DNA of 64,000 nt, from positions 384,001 to 448,000 of the forward strand of contig CAVPLT010000007.1 in NCBI GenBank assembly GCA_963706325.1. The letters are read 5' to 3'. The DNA is from an uncultured Nitrospiraceae bacterium (GTDB taxonomy: Bacteria; Nitrospirota; Nitrospiria; Nitrospirales; Nitrospiraceae). Shown here one piece after another: positions 32,861 through 42,770 of this stretch (positions are counted from its first letter, which is position 1; the number at the start of each line of letters is the position of its first letter). Position numbers and translations under genes: made by a program. The notes beneath the pieces are model-generated. The model was given only the letters and a program-made list of their open reading frames with translations. It made no database searches and was not told where the DNA came from.

Positions 32861-34042
32861 ATGAACACGATTCGGGTACTCGTCGGGACGAGGAAAGGCG
32901 CATTCATTTTGACGTCGGACGGGACGCGCCGGCAGTGGGCAGTCAGCGGACCTCATTTCGCCGGCTGGGAGTTGTACCATCTTAAAGGATCTCCCGTTGA
33001 TCCCAACCGATTGTATGCGTCGCAGACCAGCAGCTGGTTCGGCCAGGTCATTCAGCGTTCGGATGATGGTGGCCAGACATGGAACCCGCCAGGAACCAAA
33101 CCGGAAGACCTCATGGGTCAGGATGGGATGCCTAAGGGTGAAAGCAATATGTTTGTATATGACGCTTCCCAAGAGACCGGGAAGCCCCTGACGACGCACC
33201 AGCATTACGACGGCACGCAGCGTCCGTGGGAGTTTAGGCGCGTCTGGCATCTGGAACCGTCGCTTACCGATCCCGACACGGTGTATGCCGGCGTGGAAGA
33301 TGCCGCCTTGTTTCGTTCGACCAACGGCGGGAAGACGTGGCAGGAGCTGGCGGGACTGCGCGACGCAAAAGGAAGCCTCTGGCAGCCTGGCGCAGGCGGT
33401 ATGTGTCTCCACACCATCATGCTGGACCGGAGCAATCCTGAGCGTATCTTCATTGCCATTTCAGCGGCGGGGGCCTTCCGAACGGACGACGCCGGCAAGA
33501 CTTGGAAGCCGATCAACCGTGGTCTCAAGTCGCAGTATGAGCTGCCCGATCCGGAGGCTGAAGTCGGCCACTGTGTCCATCGTATCGCGATGCATCCGTC
33601 GCGCCCGAACGTGCTGTACATGCAAAAGCACTGGGATGTCATGCGGAGCGACGATGCGGGCGGGTCCTGGCACGAGATCAGCGGAAACCTCCCGACCGAT
33701 TTTGGGTTTCCCATCGACGTGCATGCCCATGAACCAGAAACCATTTACGTCGTCCCGATTAAGAGCGATTCAGAACATTTTCCTCCCGATGGCAAGCTGC
33801 GCATCTATCGGAGCCGTACCGGAGGGAACGAGTGGGAAGCGTTGACCAAAGGACTGCCTCAGCGAGACTGCTATGTGAATGTCTTGCGGGACGCGATGGC
33901 CGTGGATTCGCTGGACCCCTGCGGGGTCTACGTGGGCACCACTGGAGGGCAAGTGTACGGTTCGGCTGATGGGGGGGATAGCTGGGGGCCGATCGTGCGG
34001 GATCTTCCGGCGGTGTTGTCCGTCGAGGTCCAAACGCTGTAG
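32861..34042 (+). CDS. Cytoplasmic BNR/Asp-box beta-propeller (often labelled exo-alpha-sialidase-like)
   Basis: Repeated S/T-x-D/N-x-G-x-T/S-W Asp-boxes ([40 protein letters not shown]); no signal peptide. Confidence 0.88.
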   Translation: MNTIRVLVGTRKGAFILTSDGTRRQWAVSGPHFAGWELYHLKGSPVDPNRLYASQTSSWFGQVIQRSDDGGQTWNPPGTKPEDLMGQDGMPKGESNMFVYDASQETGKPLTTHQHYDGTQRPWEFRRVWHLEPSLTDPDTVYAGVEDAALFRSTNGGKTWQELAGLRDAKGSLWQPGAGGMCLHTIMLDRSNPERIFIAISAAGAFRTDDAGKTWKPINRGLKSQYELPDPEAEVGHCVHRIAMHPSRPNVLYMQKHWDVMRSDDAGGSWHEISGNLPTDFGFPIDVHAHEPETIYVVPIKSDSEHFPPDGKLRIYRSRTGGNEWEALTKGLPQRDCYVNVLRDAMAVDSLDPCGVYVGTTGGQVYGSADGGDSWGPIVRDLPAVLSVEVQTL

Positions 34043-34043
34043 C

Positions 34044-34163
34044 AGCGCTGAAGACGGCCTCCAGCGGCCTTCTCGCTTCCCAAGCGTCCTCAACGCAGCC
34101 TTTAGACTGCGCCTCCGGGGTTTCCATCGGCTGCGGCTTTGCTGAAAGGCCGTTTTGGACGCT
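34044..34163. repeat. REP/MITE-like palindromic element, copy 1
   Basis: Terminal inverted arms AGCG..GAAGACGGCCT / AGGCCGTTTTG..CGCT; inner hairpin CGCAG..CTGCG. Confidence 0.65.
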
Positions 34164-34212
34164 CGCGAGAAGTAGCGCGCTCCAGAATTCACTCCAAGGG
34201 AACTGACGCGAC

Positions 34213-34509
34213 ATGATTCGAGTCATACTGCCGGCACATTTGCGGACCTTGGCGCGCATCAACGGTGAGGTGACGTTAAACTTCGAGGGTCTGGTGACGC
34301 AGCGCTCGGTGCTTGACGCGATCGAGGCACGCTACCCGATGCTGCGGGGGACGATCCGCGACCACCTTACGCAACGGCGCCGACCCTTCGTGAGGTTCTT
34401 CGCGTGCGAGCAGGATCTCTCTCACGAATCGCCGGATGCGGCATTGCCAGACGCGGTCGCGACAGGAGCCGAGCCGTTTCTGATCGTGGGCGCGATGGCG
34501 GGAGGCTGA
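34213..34509 (+). CDS. MoaD/ThiS ubiquitin-like protein
   Basis: 98 aa beta-grasp pattern ending AMAGG. Confidence 0.9.
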   Translation: MIRVILPAHLRTLARINGEVTLNFEGLVTQRSVLDAIEARYPMLRGTIRDHLTQRRRPFVRFFACEQDLSHESPDAALPDAVATGAEPFLIVGAMAGG

Positions 34510-34510
34510 T

Positions 34511-34625
34511 AGGCTTTTGATAGAGTCCGCCAGCGGGGTTTTCGGAGCGCTTCTGTTTGCGACGCACCGTTAAGGTACGCCTGAGTTGCCGCGCTTTCGA
34601 TGGCCTTGTCCGACAGCATGTTCCG
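34511..34625. repeat. REP/MITE-like element, diverged copy 2
   Basis: Shares the CC.CCAGCGG..TT.TCG / ACGCA...CGCCT / GGC.TTG blocks with 34044-34163. Confidence 0.45.
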
Positions 34626-34954
34626 CCTACAGTGTTCGACGAGCATCAACGCTCTGCTGAAGAAGATCTTTCCGCTCCTCAACGACTTCATGATTTCAGC
34701 GCCTGGCTCCCCCTTTGAAAAGCTGGACCCTACGATGAAGCGAATCTACGGCGCCGCCGCGAGCGGATTGGGGCTTGGTACGGGTGGGAAAGTGACGGGA
34801 AGGGTGACGTGGCTTGGAGATCGATCCTCATCGTCTCCACTTGATCGAGGACAGAAGAAATCGTTTAATACCTATAGCATCGAACTTGCGATGTCTTTAG
34901 AGGGCTTGGACACGCAACTCTTCCACCCTCGGAGGTCACAAAGGAGAATTTTAC

Positions 34955-35423
34955 ATGACTTACAGCCGAGGAATTGAGCGATGTGGGCTGGCGATCCTCT
35001 GTGTTTGCGCAATGTCAGTCGTTGCATCAGCCGCAGACCATCCCAGCGAAGACCTGAGTTGATGCGCAGTTCAAGACGATGGATACGGACGGGAATGGGA
35101 GGGTGTCACCGGATGAGCATGCGGCCGGGGCAAAAAAAATGTTCGATGCGATGGATGCCAACAAAGACGGCACGGTGACAATCGCTGAAATGGATACCAT
35201 CCATAAAAATATACCTGGAAAGCAGCCGAAGGGCAGCGATTTGTCTTCGGTCGAAAAGATTAAGGCAGTCGATAAGAATGGGGACGGACTATTGAGTGCG
35301 GAAGAGCATGCCGATGGTTCTAGAAAGATGTTCAGCAAGATGGACACAGACAGGGATGGCTTCCTCAGTCGGGCGGAATTGACGGCAGGCCATGAGAAGA
35401 TGCTGAAAAAAACCGAACCATAG
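34955..35423 (+). pseudogene. Secreted four-EF-hand protein, frameshifted near 35050-35062
   Basis: AAGGAG SD plus a signal peptide ORF (MTYSRG...VASA) that stops near 35062. Four EF loops (DTDGNGRVS, DANKDGTVT, DKNGDGLLS, DTDRDGFLS) lie in another frame. Confidence 0.7.
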
Positions 35424-35487
35424 AATTTCTTTGTGCGCGATCTACAAAGCCCCAACAGCGAATCTATTTCTGTGCTTGAAAATTGTC

Positions 35488-35561
35488 TGCCGACTTTGCG
35501 CAGATGAGTAAGCTGCCGACTGATGGGCAGTTGCCGATTATTCGGCAGCTGCCCGTCGGCA
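35488..35561. promoter_or_regulatory. Tandem palindromic enhancer-like sites (TGCCGA-N4-TCGGCA type)
   Basis: TGCCGACTGATGGGCA 35514-35529, TGCCGATTATTCGGCA 35532-35547, TGCCCGTCGGCA 35550-35561, plus a half site at 35488; 18-bp period. Confidence 0.65.
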
Positions 35562-35655
35562 GTTCTCATCTACGTTGCCGTCTCACTAATCTCACATCCC
35601 GTATTTTCCAATACAGTCCTTGATTAATTGGCTGTAAGCCCCTGCACCGTGACCA

Positions 35656-35671
35656 AGGAATGGTCATTGCT
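35656..35671 (+). promoter_or_regulatory. Sigma-54 promoter
   Basis: AGGAATGGTCATTGCT (GG-N10-GC, TTGCT), about 95 bp downstream of the palindromes. Confidence 0.55.
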
Positions 35672-35766
35672 ATAAGCACGAGCATGCGAGCACCACCACA
35701 TCGTCCGGGTTGTATGCACGAAGGATATCAGTAGATGTCTGGGATAACTGATCGTAAGGTGACGGC

Positions 35767-36051
35767 TTGCTGAGGATCACGACCGACTGTTCCAAGGATA
35801 CTGTGAAGCTGCGACTGGAAGGTCGTCTCACTGGCCCCTGGGTGCAGGAATTGGAGCGTTCTTGGATGGAGCTTTCTCCCGAGCAACGCAGAGGCGCCGT
35901 GGTGGATCTGGCTGGGGTCATTTCCATTGGAGAGGATGGAAGGCGATTACTGGTGACGATGTGGGAGCAGGGCGCGGTGTTTCATGCGACGGACTGCCTC
36001 ACACGATCGCTCGTGGAGAACATTACAGGATTCGGGCGGACCCAGGAATGA
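35767..36051 (+). CDS. STAS-like small protein
   Basis: MLRIT...LRLEGRLTGPWVQEL...VVDLAGVISI...G..LL. Confidence 0.75.
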   Translation: MLRITTDCSKDTVKLRLEGRLTGPWVQELERSWMELSPEQRRGAVVDLAGVISIGEDGRRLLVTMWEQGAVFHATDCLTRSLVENITGFGRTQE

Positions 36052-36211
36052 CCAGTAGGCGAAATCACACAGCCGCCTGACGAATAGAGATGATCTATTC
36101 CTCGGCGTGGTGCCGGGCACTCCGTTGCTTACAAGTGACTCAACCAGTAAGATAGGCGTCGTCCGTCACCTTATGCGAATTGCCGTTTTAGTTTTTTATC
36201 AGGGAGCGAGC

Positions 36212-37408
36212 ATGGCCAGGCGAACGCATACATCAACGCTAGCCTCGATTCTGACCGGATGTCTCGTTCTGGCTTTGTTGCCGGCGTGCAAGCAACAGGC
36301 CGCTTCGACGGCGCCTCCTCCGGTCACCCAAGTGGGTATCATTGTGGCGACAGCTCAGGATATCCCAGATGAACCGGAGTTCATTGGGCAGGCGGAATCT
36401 TCACGCCCGGTCGAAATCCGATCACAGGTCACGGGGATATTGAAGGCTTGGTTTTTTAAGGAAGGCCGCGATGTCAAGAAGGGCGACCGTCTGTATCAGA
36501 TCGATCCCGTTCCATTCCATGCCGCTATGCTAAGCGCCAAAGCGAAAGTCTCCCAATCGGAAGCACGATTGGTCCAAGCCCGGCAAAACTTTGCCCGTGT
36601 TAAACCCTTGTTGGCCGAGCAGGCCGTGAGCACGAAAGATGTAGACGATGCTGTCGCGGAGGAATTGGCGGCAAAAGCGGCGCTGGAAGGCGCCAAGGCA
36701 GAGCTCGTCAAAGCCAAATTTGATCTCGACAACACGCTGACTATAGCTCCGATCGATGGCATGATCGAGCGCACGCGCGTCTATGAAGGTCGACTGGTGT
36801 CGGCCCAGACCGACTTGCTGACGGTCATTCATCAGATCGATCCTATGTATGTAATTGTCAGTGCGCCGGAAAGCTTTTTGCTGAAACGACGTCGGGACAG
36901 CGATGCCAAGCGAATTCAACATCCTGGTGTCTATCAATTGCGCGGTGTGCTCACATTTGTGGACGGCACGATCTACGAGCATGAAGGGGTATTGGACCTT
37001 CTAGATATCGGACTGAAGACTGATACAGGGTCGCGGCAAGCGCGAGTCGTCTTTCCCAATCCTGATCGGGTGTTATTGCCAGGGCAGTTTGTGCGGGTGA
37101 AATTTAAAGGCACCCTCAAGACCGGGGCGATCCTCGTACCGCAGCGCGCGGTCCAGCAAGGCGCGAAGGGTTCGATCATTTTTGTCGTCGGAATCGAGGA
37201 TAAGGTTGAGATGCGGGAGATCCAGGCGACGAGTTGGCAAGGGAAGCAGTGGATCGTCGAGGAAGGTCTGCATGTGGGTGAACGTGTTATCGTCGATGGT
37301 CTGCATAAGATCGCACCCGGAGCCCCGGTGAAGCCTATGCCGCTTCCGGATCCTGGTGCGCCGACCGTTCCGACTGCTGCCCCGCCTAAAGCGGAGCAGG
37401 CCTCGTGA
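36212..37408 (+). CDS. RND periplasmic adaptor, lipoprotein (AcrA-like)
   Basis: Lipobox LPAC; VEIRSQVTG, LYQIDP, APIDG, LLPGQFV, VPQRAV. Confidence 0.92.
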   Translation: MARRTHTSTLASILTGCLVLALLPACKQQAASTAPPPVTQVGIIVATAQDIPDEPEFIGQAESSRPVEIRSQVTGILKAWFFKEGRDVKKGDRLYQIDPVPFHAAMLSAKAKVSQSEARLVQARQNFARVKPLLAEQAVSTKDVDDAVAEELAAKAALEGAKAELVKAKFDLDNTLTIAPIDGMIERTRVYEGRLVSAQTDLLTVIHQIDPMYVIVSAPESFLLKRRRDSDAKRIQHPGVYQLRGVLTFVDGTIYEHEGVLDLLDIGLKTDTGSRQARVVFPNPDRVLLPGQFVRVKFKGTLKTGAILVPQRAVQQGAKGSIIFVVGIEDKVEMREIQATSWQGKQWIVEEGLHVGERVIVDGLHKIAPGAPVKPMPLPDPGAPTVPTAAPPKAEQAS

Positions 37409-40400
37409 TCTCTCACTTTTTCATCGACCGTCCAATTTTTGCTTCGGTCTTGTCCATCGTCATTGTCGTGATCGGGTTGGTGGCCTTGCGGGCGCTCCCC
37501 ATCGCTCAATTCCCTGAAATCACTCCGCCTGTCGTTCAAGTCGAGGCCGACTATCCCGGCGCCAACGCGGAAATCGTGGCTGATTCGGTTGCGCGTCCCA
37601 TCGAAGTCCAGCTCCCAGGAATCGACAATTTGCTGTACTACGATTCCACCAGCACCAACGACGGGCACATGTCCATCAAGCTGACGTTCGAGATCGGCAC
37701 CGACGTCGACATCGCTCAAGTCCAAACGCAGAATCGGGTGAAGCTCGCCGAACCGCAACTTCCTCCGGAGGTCGTGCGCCAGGGCATCAGCATCACGAAA
37801 GTCTCGCCGGATCTGCTGGCGGTCGTGGCCTTGAGTTCGACCGATCCGACCCACGATACCGTCTATTTGTCCAACTACGCGATTCTCCGCGTTCTCGACA
37901 ACTTAAAGCGGTTGCGTGGTGTGGGCAATGCCATTGTCTTCGGCTCGCAAAACTATTCGATGCGGCTGATCCTGGATCCGATCAGAATGGCACAGCTCAG
38001 CCTCACGCCGACGGACATTTCGAGCGTCGTCCGTGAGCAGAACCGAGATTTTCCTGCCGGAACCATTGGCCGTGAACCGGCCTTGAAGGGAACCGAACTG
38101 ACCATTCCCGTCATCACGCAAGGCCGGCTGACCGAAGTGAAGGATTTTGAGGATCTGATTGTCCGTGCCATGCCGAACGGCTCGATGATCCGATTGAAGG
38201 ATGTGGCGCGCGTTGAGCTGGGGGCGCAATCGTACACGCTGGAAGGGCGATGGAACGGTAAGCCGAACGTTTTCCTGCTGACCTTCCTTTCGCCCGGGGC
38301 CAACGCGCTCGATACGGTCAAGCGGGTGAGGGCCGAACTAGCGGAAGTTTCCAAGAGCTTCCCCACCGGGGTGTCCTACGATATCCCCTACGATACGACA
38401 CGCTTCATCGAAGTCTCCATTCAAGAAGTGGTGAAGACGCTGGCAGAAGCCATGGTACTGGTCATTCTTGTGGTGTATCTCTTTCTTCAGAGCTGGCGCG
38501 CGACGTTGATTCCCGGCGTGGCGGTGCCGGTATCCTTGATCGGGACCTTCGCCGGCATGCAAGCCCTGGGATTTTCCATCAATACCCTGACTCTCTTCGG
38601 GATGGTGTTGGCCATCGGTATCGTGGTGGACGATGCCATCGTCGTGGTGGAAAACTGCGAACGTCATATGACGCAGGGAAAGCTGTCGCCGAAGCAGGCG
38701 GCCAAGCGGGCAATGGAAGAGGTGACTGGGCCGGTCATCGCCATCGTGCTGGTGCTGTGCGCGGTGTTCGTGCCGGTCGGGTTCTTGGGCGGTATCACCG
38801 GTGAACTGTACAAGCAGTTTGCGATTACCATTTCGATCGCGGTGATTATTTCGGGGTTTGTTGCCCTGACATTAAGTCCGGCGCTGTGCGCGCTCGTGTT
38901 GAAACCTGGCGAGGAGAGCCACGGTGGTTTCTTCGGTTTCTTCAATCGGACCTTTAGCTGGATGCAGACTCGGTACATTACCACCGTGGGTGTGGCGATG
39001 AAACGCCGCATGCTTTCATTAGCCGTATTCGGCGTCCTGTTGATAGCCGTATTTATGCTCTTCAGAGTTCTTCCCGGAAGTTTTTTGCCGGAGGAGGACC
39101 AAGGGTATTTCATCACGATTGTTCAATTGCCTGACGGTGCCTCCAAGCAGCGGACCGACGCGGTGTTGAGCAAGATCGAAAGCTATTTTCTATCGAATCC
39201 AGTGATCCATTCGACCGATGCCTTATCAGGCCAAAATTTTGTCTTTAATACACGAGGCCCTAACGCCGCGACAATGTTTGTGCCATTGAGGCATTGGGAT
39301 GAGCGTACGGCGCCGCAACATCATGTGAAAGCTATCATTGGTGCGGCCTATGCGGAGTTTGCCAAGATTCCGGAGGCGCTAATCCTGGCCTTCAATGCGC
39401 CGTCAATTCGAGGGCTGGGCGCCACGGGGGGGTTTACCTTACAGCTTCAGGATCCGAGCAGCGGGGACTTCAATAAGTTTTCCGCCGCTGCGCAAGAGTT
39501 TGTGACCAAGGCACGGCAACATCCGGCTGTCGGCGCTATCGGCACGAGCTTCCGAGTCAGTGCGCCACGCATTTATGCCAAAGTGAACCGCGAGCGCGCC
39601 AAGGCTTTGGGTGTGCCGATTTCTGAAGTGTTCGATACCATGCAGGCGTTTTTTGGAAACTTCTACATTAATGATTTCATCAAATTCGGTCGAGTATTTC
39701 GCGTACAGACAGAGGCCGAAGCGCAATACCGATCCACGCCCGAAGCTATTTCGAAAATCTATGTGCGGGCCCATGGGTCGCAAGGCACGACGATGATTCC
39801 CTTGGATACCGTCGTGAGTACCGAGTTTACGAGCGGCCCCGATCCTGTGACACATTTCAATGGGTACAATACTGCGCTCGTGCTTGGGGCGGCTGCTTCG
39901 GGATTCAGTTCGGGTCAAGTGCTCAATGCGCTGGAAGATATAGCGAATGAGGTGCTCGTGCCGAAAGGTTATGGGGTCGATTGGAGTGGAATCTCCTTTC
40001 AGGAACGCATGGTCGGGAGTCAGTCGCTCTATGCGTTTGCCTTTGGATTGTTAATGGTGTTTTTGGTGCTTGCCGCTCAGTATGAGAGTTGGGTCGTCCC
40101 CTTTGCGGTGATTTTAGCCGTGCCCATCGGATTGTTCGGCGCTCTCAGCGCTGTCTGGCTTAAAGGCATGAGCAACGACATCTATTTTCAAATCGGCTTG
40201 GTAACCCTAATTGGACTGTCCGCGAAGAATGCGATCTTGATCGTGGAATTTGCAAATAGACGTTACGAAGAAGGCCATCCCTTGTTGGAGTCGACAGTTG
40301 AAGCAGCTAAACTTCGCTTTCGTCCGATCGTCATGACTTCCATGGCCTTTATTCTGGGTGTGGTCCCGCTTGTTATTGCCACCGGCGCCGGCGCCGCCAG

Positions 40401-40587
40401 TCGTAATTCGATCGGCACCGGAGTGTTCGGAGGAATGTTGGCGGCCACATTTCTGGCAATTTTCTTCGTGCCGCTCTTCTTTGTGCTTATTCGATCACTG
40501 AGTCATCGATTGACAGGCAAGACCCCCCATCCGCCTCGAAGTGAAGCAGATGGAACCGAGAAGGAGCGAGATTATCAGCATGCGTAG
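37405..40587 (+). CDS. RND permease, HAE1/AcrB family
   Basis: FFIDRPIFA, AIGIVVDDAIVVVEN, FLPEEDQG, GLSAKNAILIVEFA, RFRPIVMTS. Confidence 0.95.
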   Translation: MISHFFIDRPIFASVLSIVIVVIGLVALRALPIAQFPEITPPVVQVEADYPGANAEIVADSVARPIEVQLPGIDNLLYYDSTSTNDGHMSIKLTFEIGTDVDIAQVQTQNRVKLAEPQLPPEVVRQGISITKVSPDLLAVVALSSTDPTHDTVYLSNYAILRVLDNLKRLRGVGNAIVFGSQNYSMRLILDPIRMAQLSLTPTDISSVVREQNRDFPAGTIGREPALKGTELTIPVITQGRLTEVKDFEDLIVRAMPNGSMIRLKDVARVELGAQSYTLEGRWNGKPNVFLLTFLSPGANALDTVKRVRAELAEVSKSFPTGVSYDIPYDTTRFIEVSIQEVVKTLAEAMVLVILVVYLFLQSWRATLIPGVAVPVSLIGTFAGMQALGFSINTLTLFGMVLAIGIVVDDAIVVVENCERHMTQGKLSPKQAAKRAMEEVTGPVIAIVLVLCAVFVPVGFLGGITGELYKQFAITISIAVIISGFVALTLSPALCALVLKPGEESHGGFFGFFNRTFSWMQTRYITTVGVAMKRRMLSLAVFGVLLIAVFMLFRVLPGSFLPEEDQGYFITIVQLPDGASKQRTDAVLSKIESYFLSNPVIHSTDALSGQNFVFNTRGPNAATMFVPLRHWDERTAPQHHVKAIIGAAYAEFAKIPEALILAFNAPSIRGLGATGGFTLQLQDPSSGDFNKFSAAAQEFVTKARQHPAVGAIGTSFRVSAPRIYAKVNRERAKALGVPISEVFDTMQAFFGNFYINDFIKFGRVFRVQTEAEAQYRSTPEAISKIYVRAHGSQGTTMIPLDTVVSTEFTSGPDPVTHFNGYNTALVLGAAASGFSSGQVLNALEDIANEVLVPKGYGVDWSGISFQERMVGSQSLYAFAFGLLMVFLVLAAQYESWVVPFAVILAVPIGLFGALSAVWLKGMSNDIYFQIGLVTLIGLSAKNAILIVEFANRRYEEGHPLLESTVEAAKLRFRPIVMTSMAFILGVVPLVIATGAGAASRNSIGTGVFGGMLAATFLAIFFVPLFFVLIRSLSHRLTGKTPHPPRSEADGTEKERDYQHA

Positions 40588-42016
40588 AATGGCTCTCGTA
40601 CTCGCATCAACCCTATTGGCCGCCTGCGCCGTCGGGCCGGATTTCACGAAGCCGGACGCCACAACGCCGAACGGGTTCCGCATGGCCGAACCAGGCGATA
40701 ATGCTGCCTCAATCGCCAATACGCCTTGGTGGAAATTGCTGAAGGATCAAGAGCTACAAAAGCTCATCCGCAGGGCGTTAGAAGAAAATAAGGATCTCAA
40801 ACGCGCAGCCGCGGCGGTGGAGGAATTTCAGGCCCGCTTGTTCATCTCGAAGAACGACTTTGCACCTCAATTGAGCGTGTCGGCCAATGCGCCGAGCTTT
40901 GGCCGAAGAAGCGTATTTCTAGTTCCAGGATTTCCGAACCCGTTCAACTACTACTTGCAGGGAAATTTGTCGTGGGAGCTCGACATTTGGGGCCGTATCC
41001 GTCGGTCAAATGAGGCGGCTCGCGGCGAACTTCTGTCACGTGAAGAGAACCGGCGCGCCATTGTGTTGCAGCTGGTGAGCGGTGTGGCAGAGGCCTACTT
41101 CGAGCTGCTGCAGTTCGATATGCAGCTCGATATTGCGCGGCGGACGCTGAAATCGTGGGAAGAGTCTGTCAGGATCGCGCAGGCACGATTGCGGCAGGGA
41201 ATGATCTCCAAACTCGATGCCGACCAATTTGAAGCTGAACGGGCCAATGCTGCAGCGAGGGCTGCTGAATTTGAACGTCAGAAGGTACAGAAGGAAAATC
41301 AGCTCAGTGTGTTGCTGGGTCGGAACCCTGGCCTGATTGCCCGGGGGCATTCCCTGACGGAGCAAGTGATGCCCCCGGATGTGCCGCCAGGTCTTCCCTC
41401 GGAACTCCTTCAGCGACGTCCGGATATCCTGCAGGCTGAACAGGATCTCGCCGCAGCCACGGCTCGCATTGGGATGGCAAAGGCTGATCGATTTCCGAAG
41501 CTCAGCATCACGGGCATTCTAGGAGTAGCAAGTCCGCATCTGTCACGGCTGGTGGCCAACGAAACCGCATTCGGGGTGGCTGGGCCTAGCCTCGCCGGGC
41601 CATTGTTTAACGCACAAATCCTTGGGTTTCAACAGCGGGCAGCGGAAGCCCAAGCCAGTCAAGCATTGGCGCAGTATGAACAATCGGTGTTGGTTGCCTT
41701 CAAGGAAGTGGAAGATTCTCTAGTGGCGGTTAGAACCGTGCGCGAACAACGAGCGGCACAGTTGCAACAAGTCGAGGCCTTGCGGTCGGCACTCAGTCTG
41801 GCCAGTCTTCGCTATAAGGGTGGTCTGGCGAATTATTTGGATGTGTTGATTGCCCAACGTAGTCTGTTCGAAGCCGAATTGGCGCTCATGGGTACGCATC
41901 GATTGCATTTGGTATCCATCGTACAGTTGTACAAGGCATTGGGGGGTGGATGGACTCCAGAAGAGAATCCGCCGATTCAACCGCTGCCGGTTGCCTCCGA
42001 TCTTGAAAAAACTTAA
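40580..42016 (+). CDS. Outer membrane factor lipoprotein (NodT/OprM-like)
   Basis: Lipobox LAAC-AVGP, WELDIWG, PSELLQRRPDI, LYKALGGGW. Confidence 0.93.
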   Translation: MRRMALVLASTLLAACAVGPDFTKPDATTPNGFRMAEPGDNAASIANTPWWKLLKDQELQKLIRRALEENKDLKRAAAAVEEFQARLFISKNDFAPQLSVSANAPSFGRRSVFLVPGFPNPFNYYLQGNLSWELDIWGRIRRSNEAARGELLSREENRRAIVLQLVSGVAEAYFELLQFDMQLDIARRTLKSWEESVRIAQARLRQGMISKLDADQFEAERANAAARAAEFERQKVQKENQLSVLLGRNPGLIARGHSLTEQVMPPDVPPGLPSELLQRRPDILQAEQDLAAATARIGMAKADRFPKLSITGILGVASPHLSRLVANETAFGVAGPSLAGPLFNAQILGFQQRAAEAQASQALAQYEQSVLVAFKEVEDSLVAVRTVREQRAAQLQQVEALRSALSLASLRYKGGLANYLDVLIAQRSLFEAELALMGTHRLHLVSIVQLYKALGGGWTPEENPPIQPLPVASDLEKT

Positions 42017-42171
42017 GAGCGCATTGTCTGTAGACTGCGAGCTTTGTCATCCTATCATTGACGGTTGTTCAATCTTCGCCTCCCCCACTTCTGTATATTT
42101 GCTTCGCCCCCCCTCAACGGGTTCACCATGGTAGTCCAGAGTTGGCCTGCATAGTCCGAGGGTCGGCCGTT

Positions 42172-42558
42172 TTACTGTGTAGGGGAGCAAAATGGCCGAG
42201 TTGATTTTGGCCGCGGGGACAGTATACGGGCGAGAGTTCCACCTAAAATCGCCATGAGTATGACGGTGACACCACTATGTATCCATGCCAGGTAGGTCTG
42301 GATCCCAAAGGCGATATTTGTGAGGTTAAAGGTCCAGAAAATGACGGCTACCCAGGCCACGTGTTCGACACGATTGCTGGGGATTCGCGTGCCTGTAATC
42401 GCAAAACCAATTGCTCCCGACAGCAAGTTCGCCAGGTAGGCACTTGATGGATTATTTTGCATGGTGAGGCCCGCAATGGCCGAGCCCAACCCGCCCACAA
42501 ATGTAAGCCCGTACACAGTGAAAGCGTCGAGTAGCACACATTGCACAGTAACGGTCAT
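42172..42558 (-). CDS. Hypothetical 4-TM membrane protein
   Basis: Four hydrophobic segments; GAGG SD. Confidence 0.6.
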   Translation of the reverse strand: MTVTVQCVLLDAFTVYGLTFVGGLGSAIAGLTMQNNPSSAYLANLLSGAIGFAITGTRIPSNRVEHVAWVAVIFWTFNLTNIAFGIQTYLAWIHSGVTVILMAILGGTLARILSPRPKSTRPFCSPTQ

Positions 42559-42770
42559 CGCGGATGCCTCTGGTGTGGATAGTCGCCCCATTTGCTGGAT
42601 TCCAATAGTTTAAAGATCAAGAATAGAAGTGTTGAGGGAGCTCGCTGGGAATGGTACTGGGGCGCGGTTCAGCATTCTTGCTGTTGATGTGGGAGGTGTT
42701 CATGGAAGATTCCTTCTGTGAAGCAGTGGAACGGTAAATGTTATGCTCAGATTCGATAATCATCCGGGAC

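Noticed and set aside
34600..34977. 125-aa ORF after the Ubl gene
   Set aside because: Starts inside a repeat, has no SD and no recognisable family; possibly a remnant.
35488..35561. Possible mini-CRISPR or iteron array
   Set aside because: Units are 12-16-bp palindromes with an 18-bp period, no unique spacers and no cas or rep genes; better explained as activator sites.
36114..36129. Additional sigma-54 promoter before the MFP gene
   Set aside because: GG-N10-GC fits only with a non-consensus -24 context, and no adjacent enhancer motif was seen.
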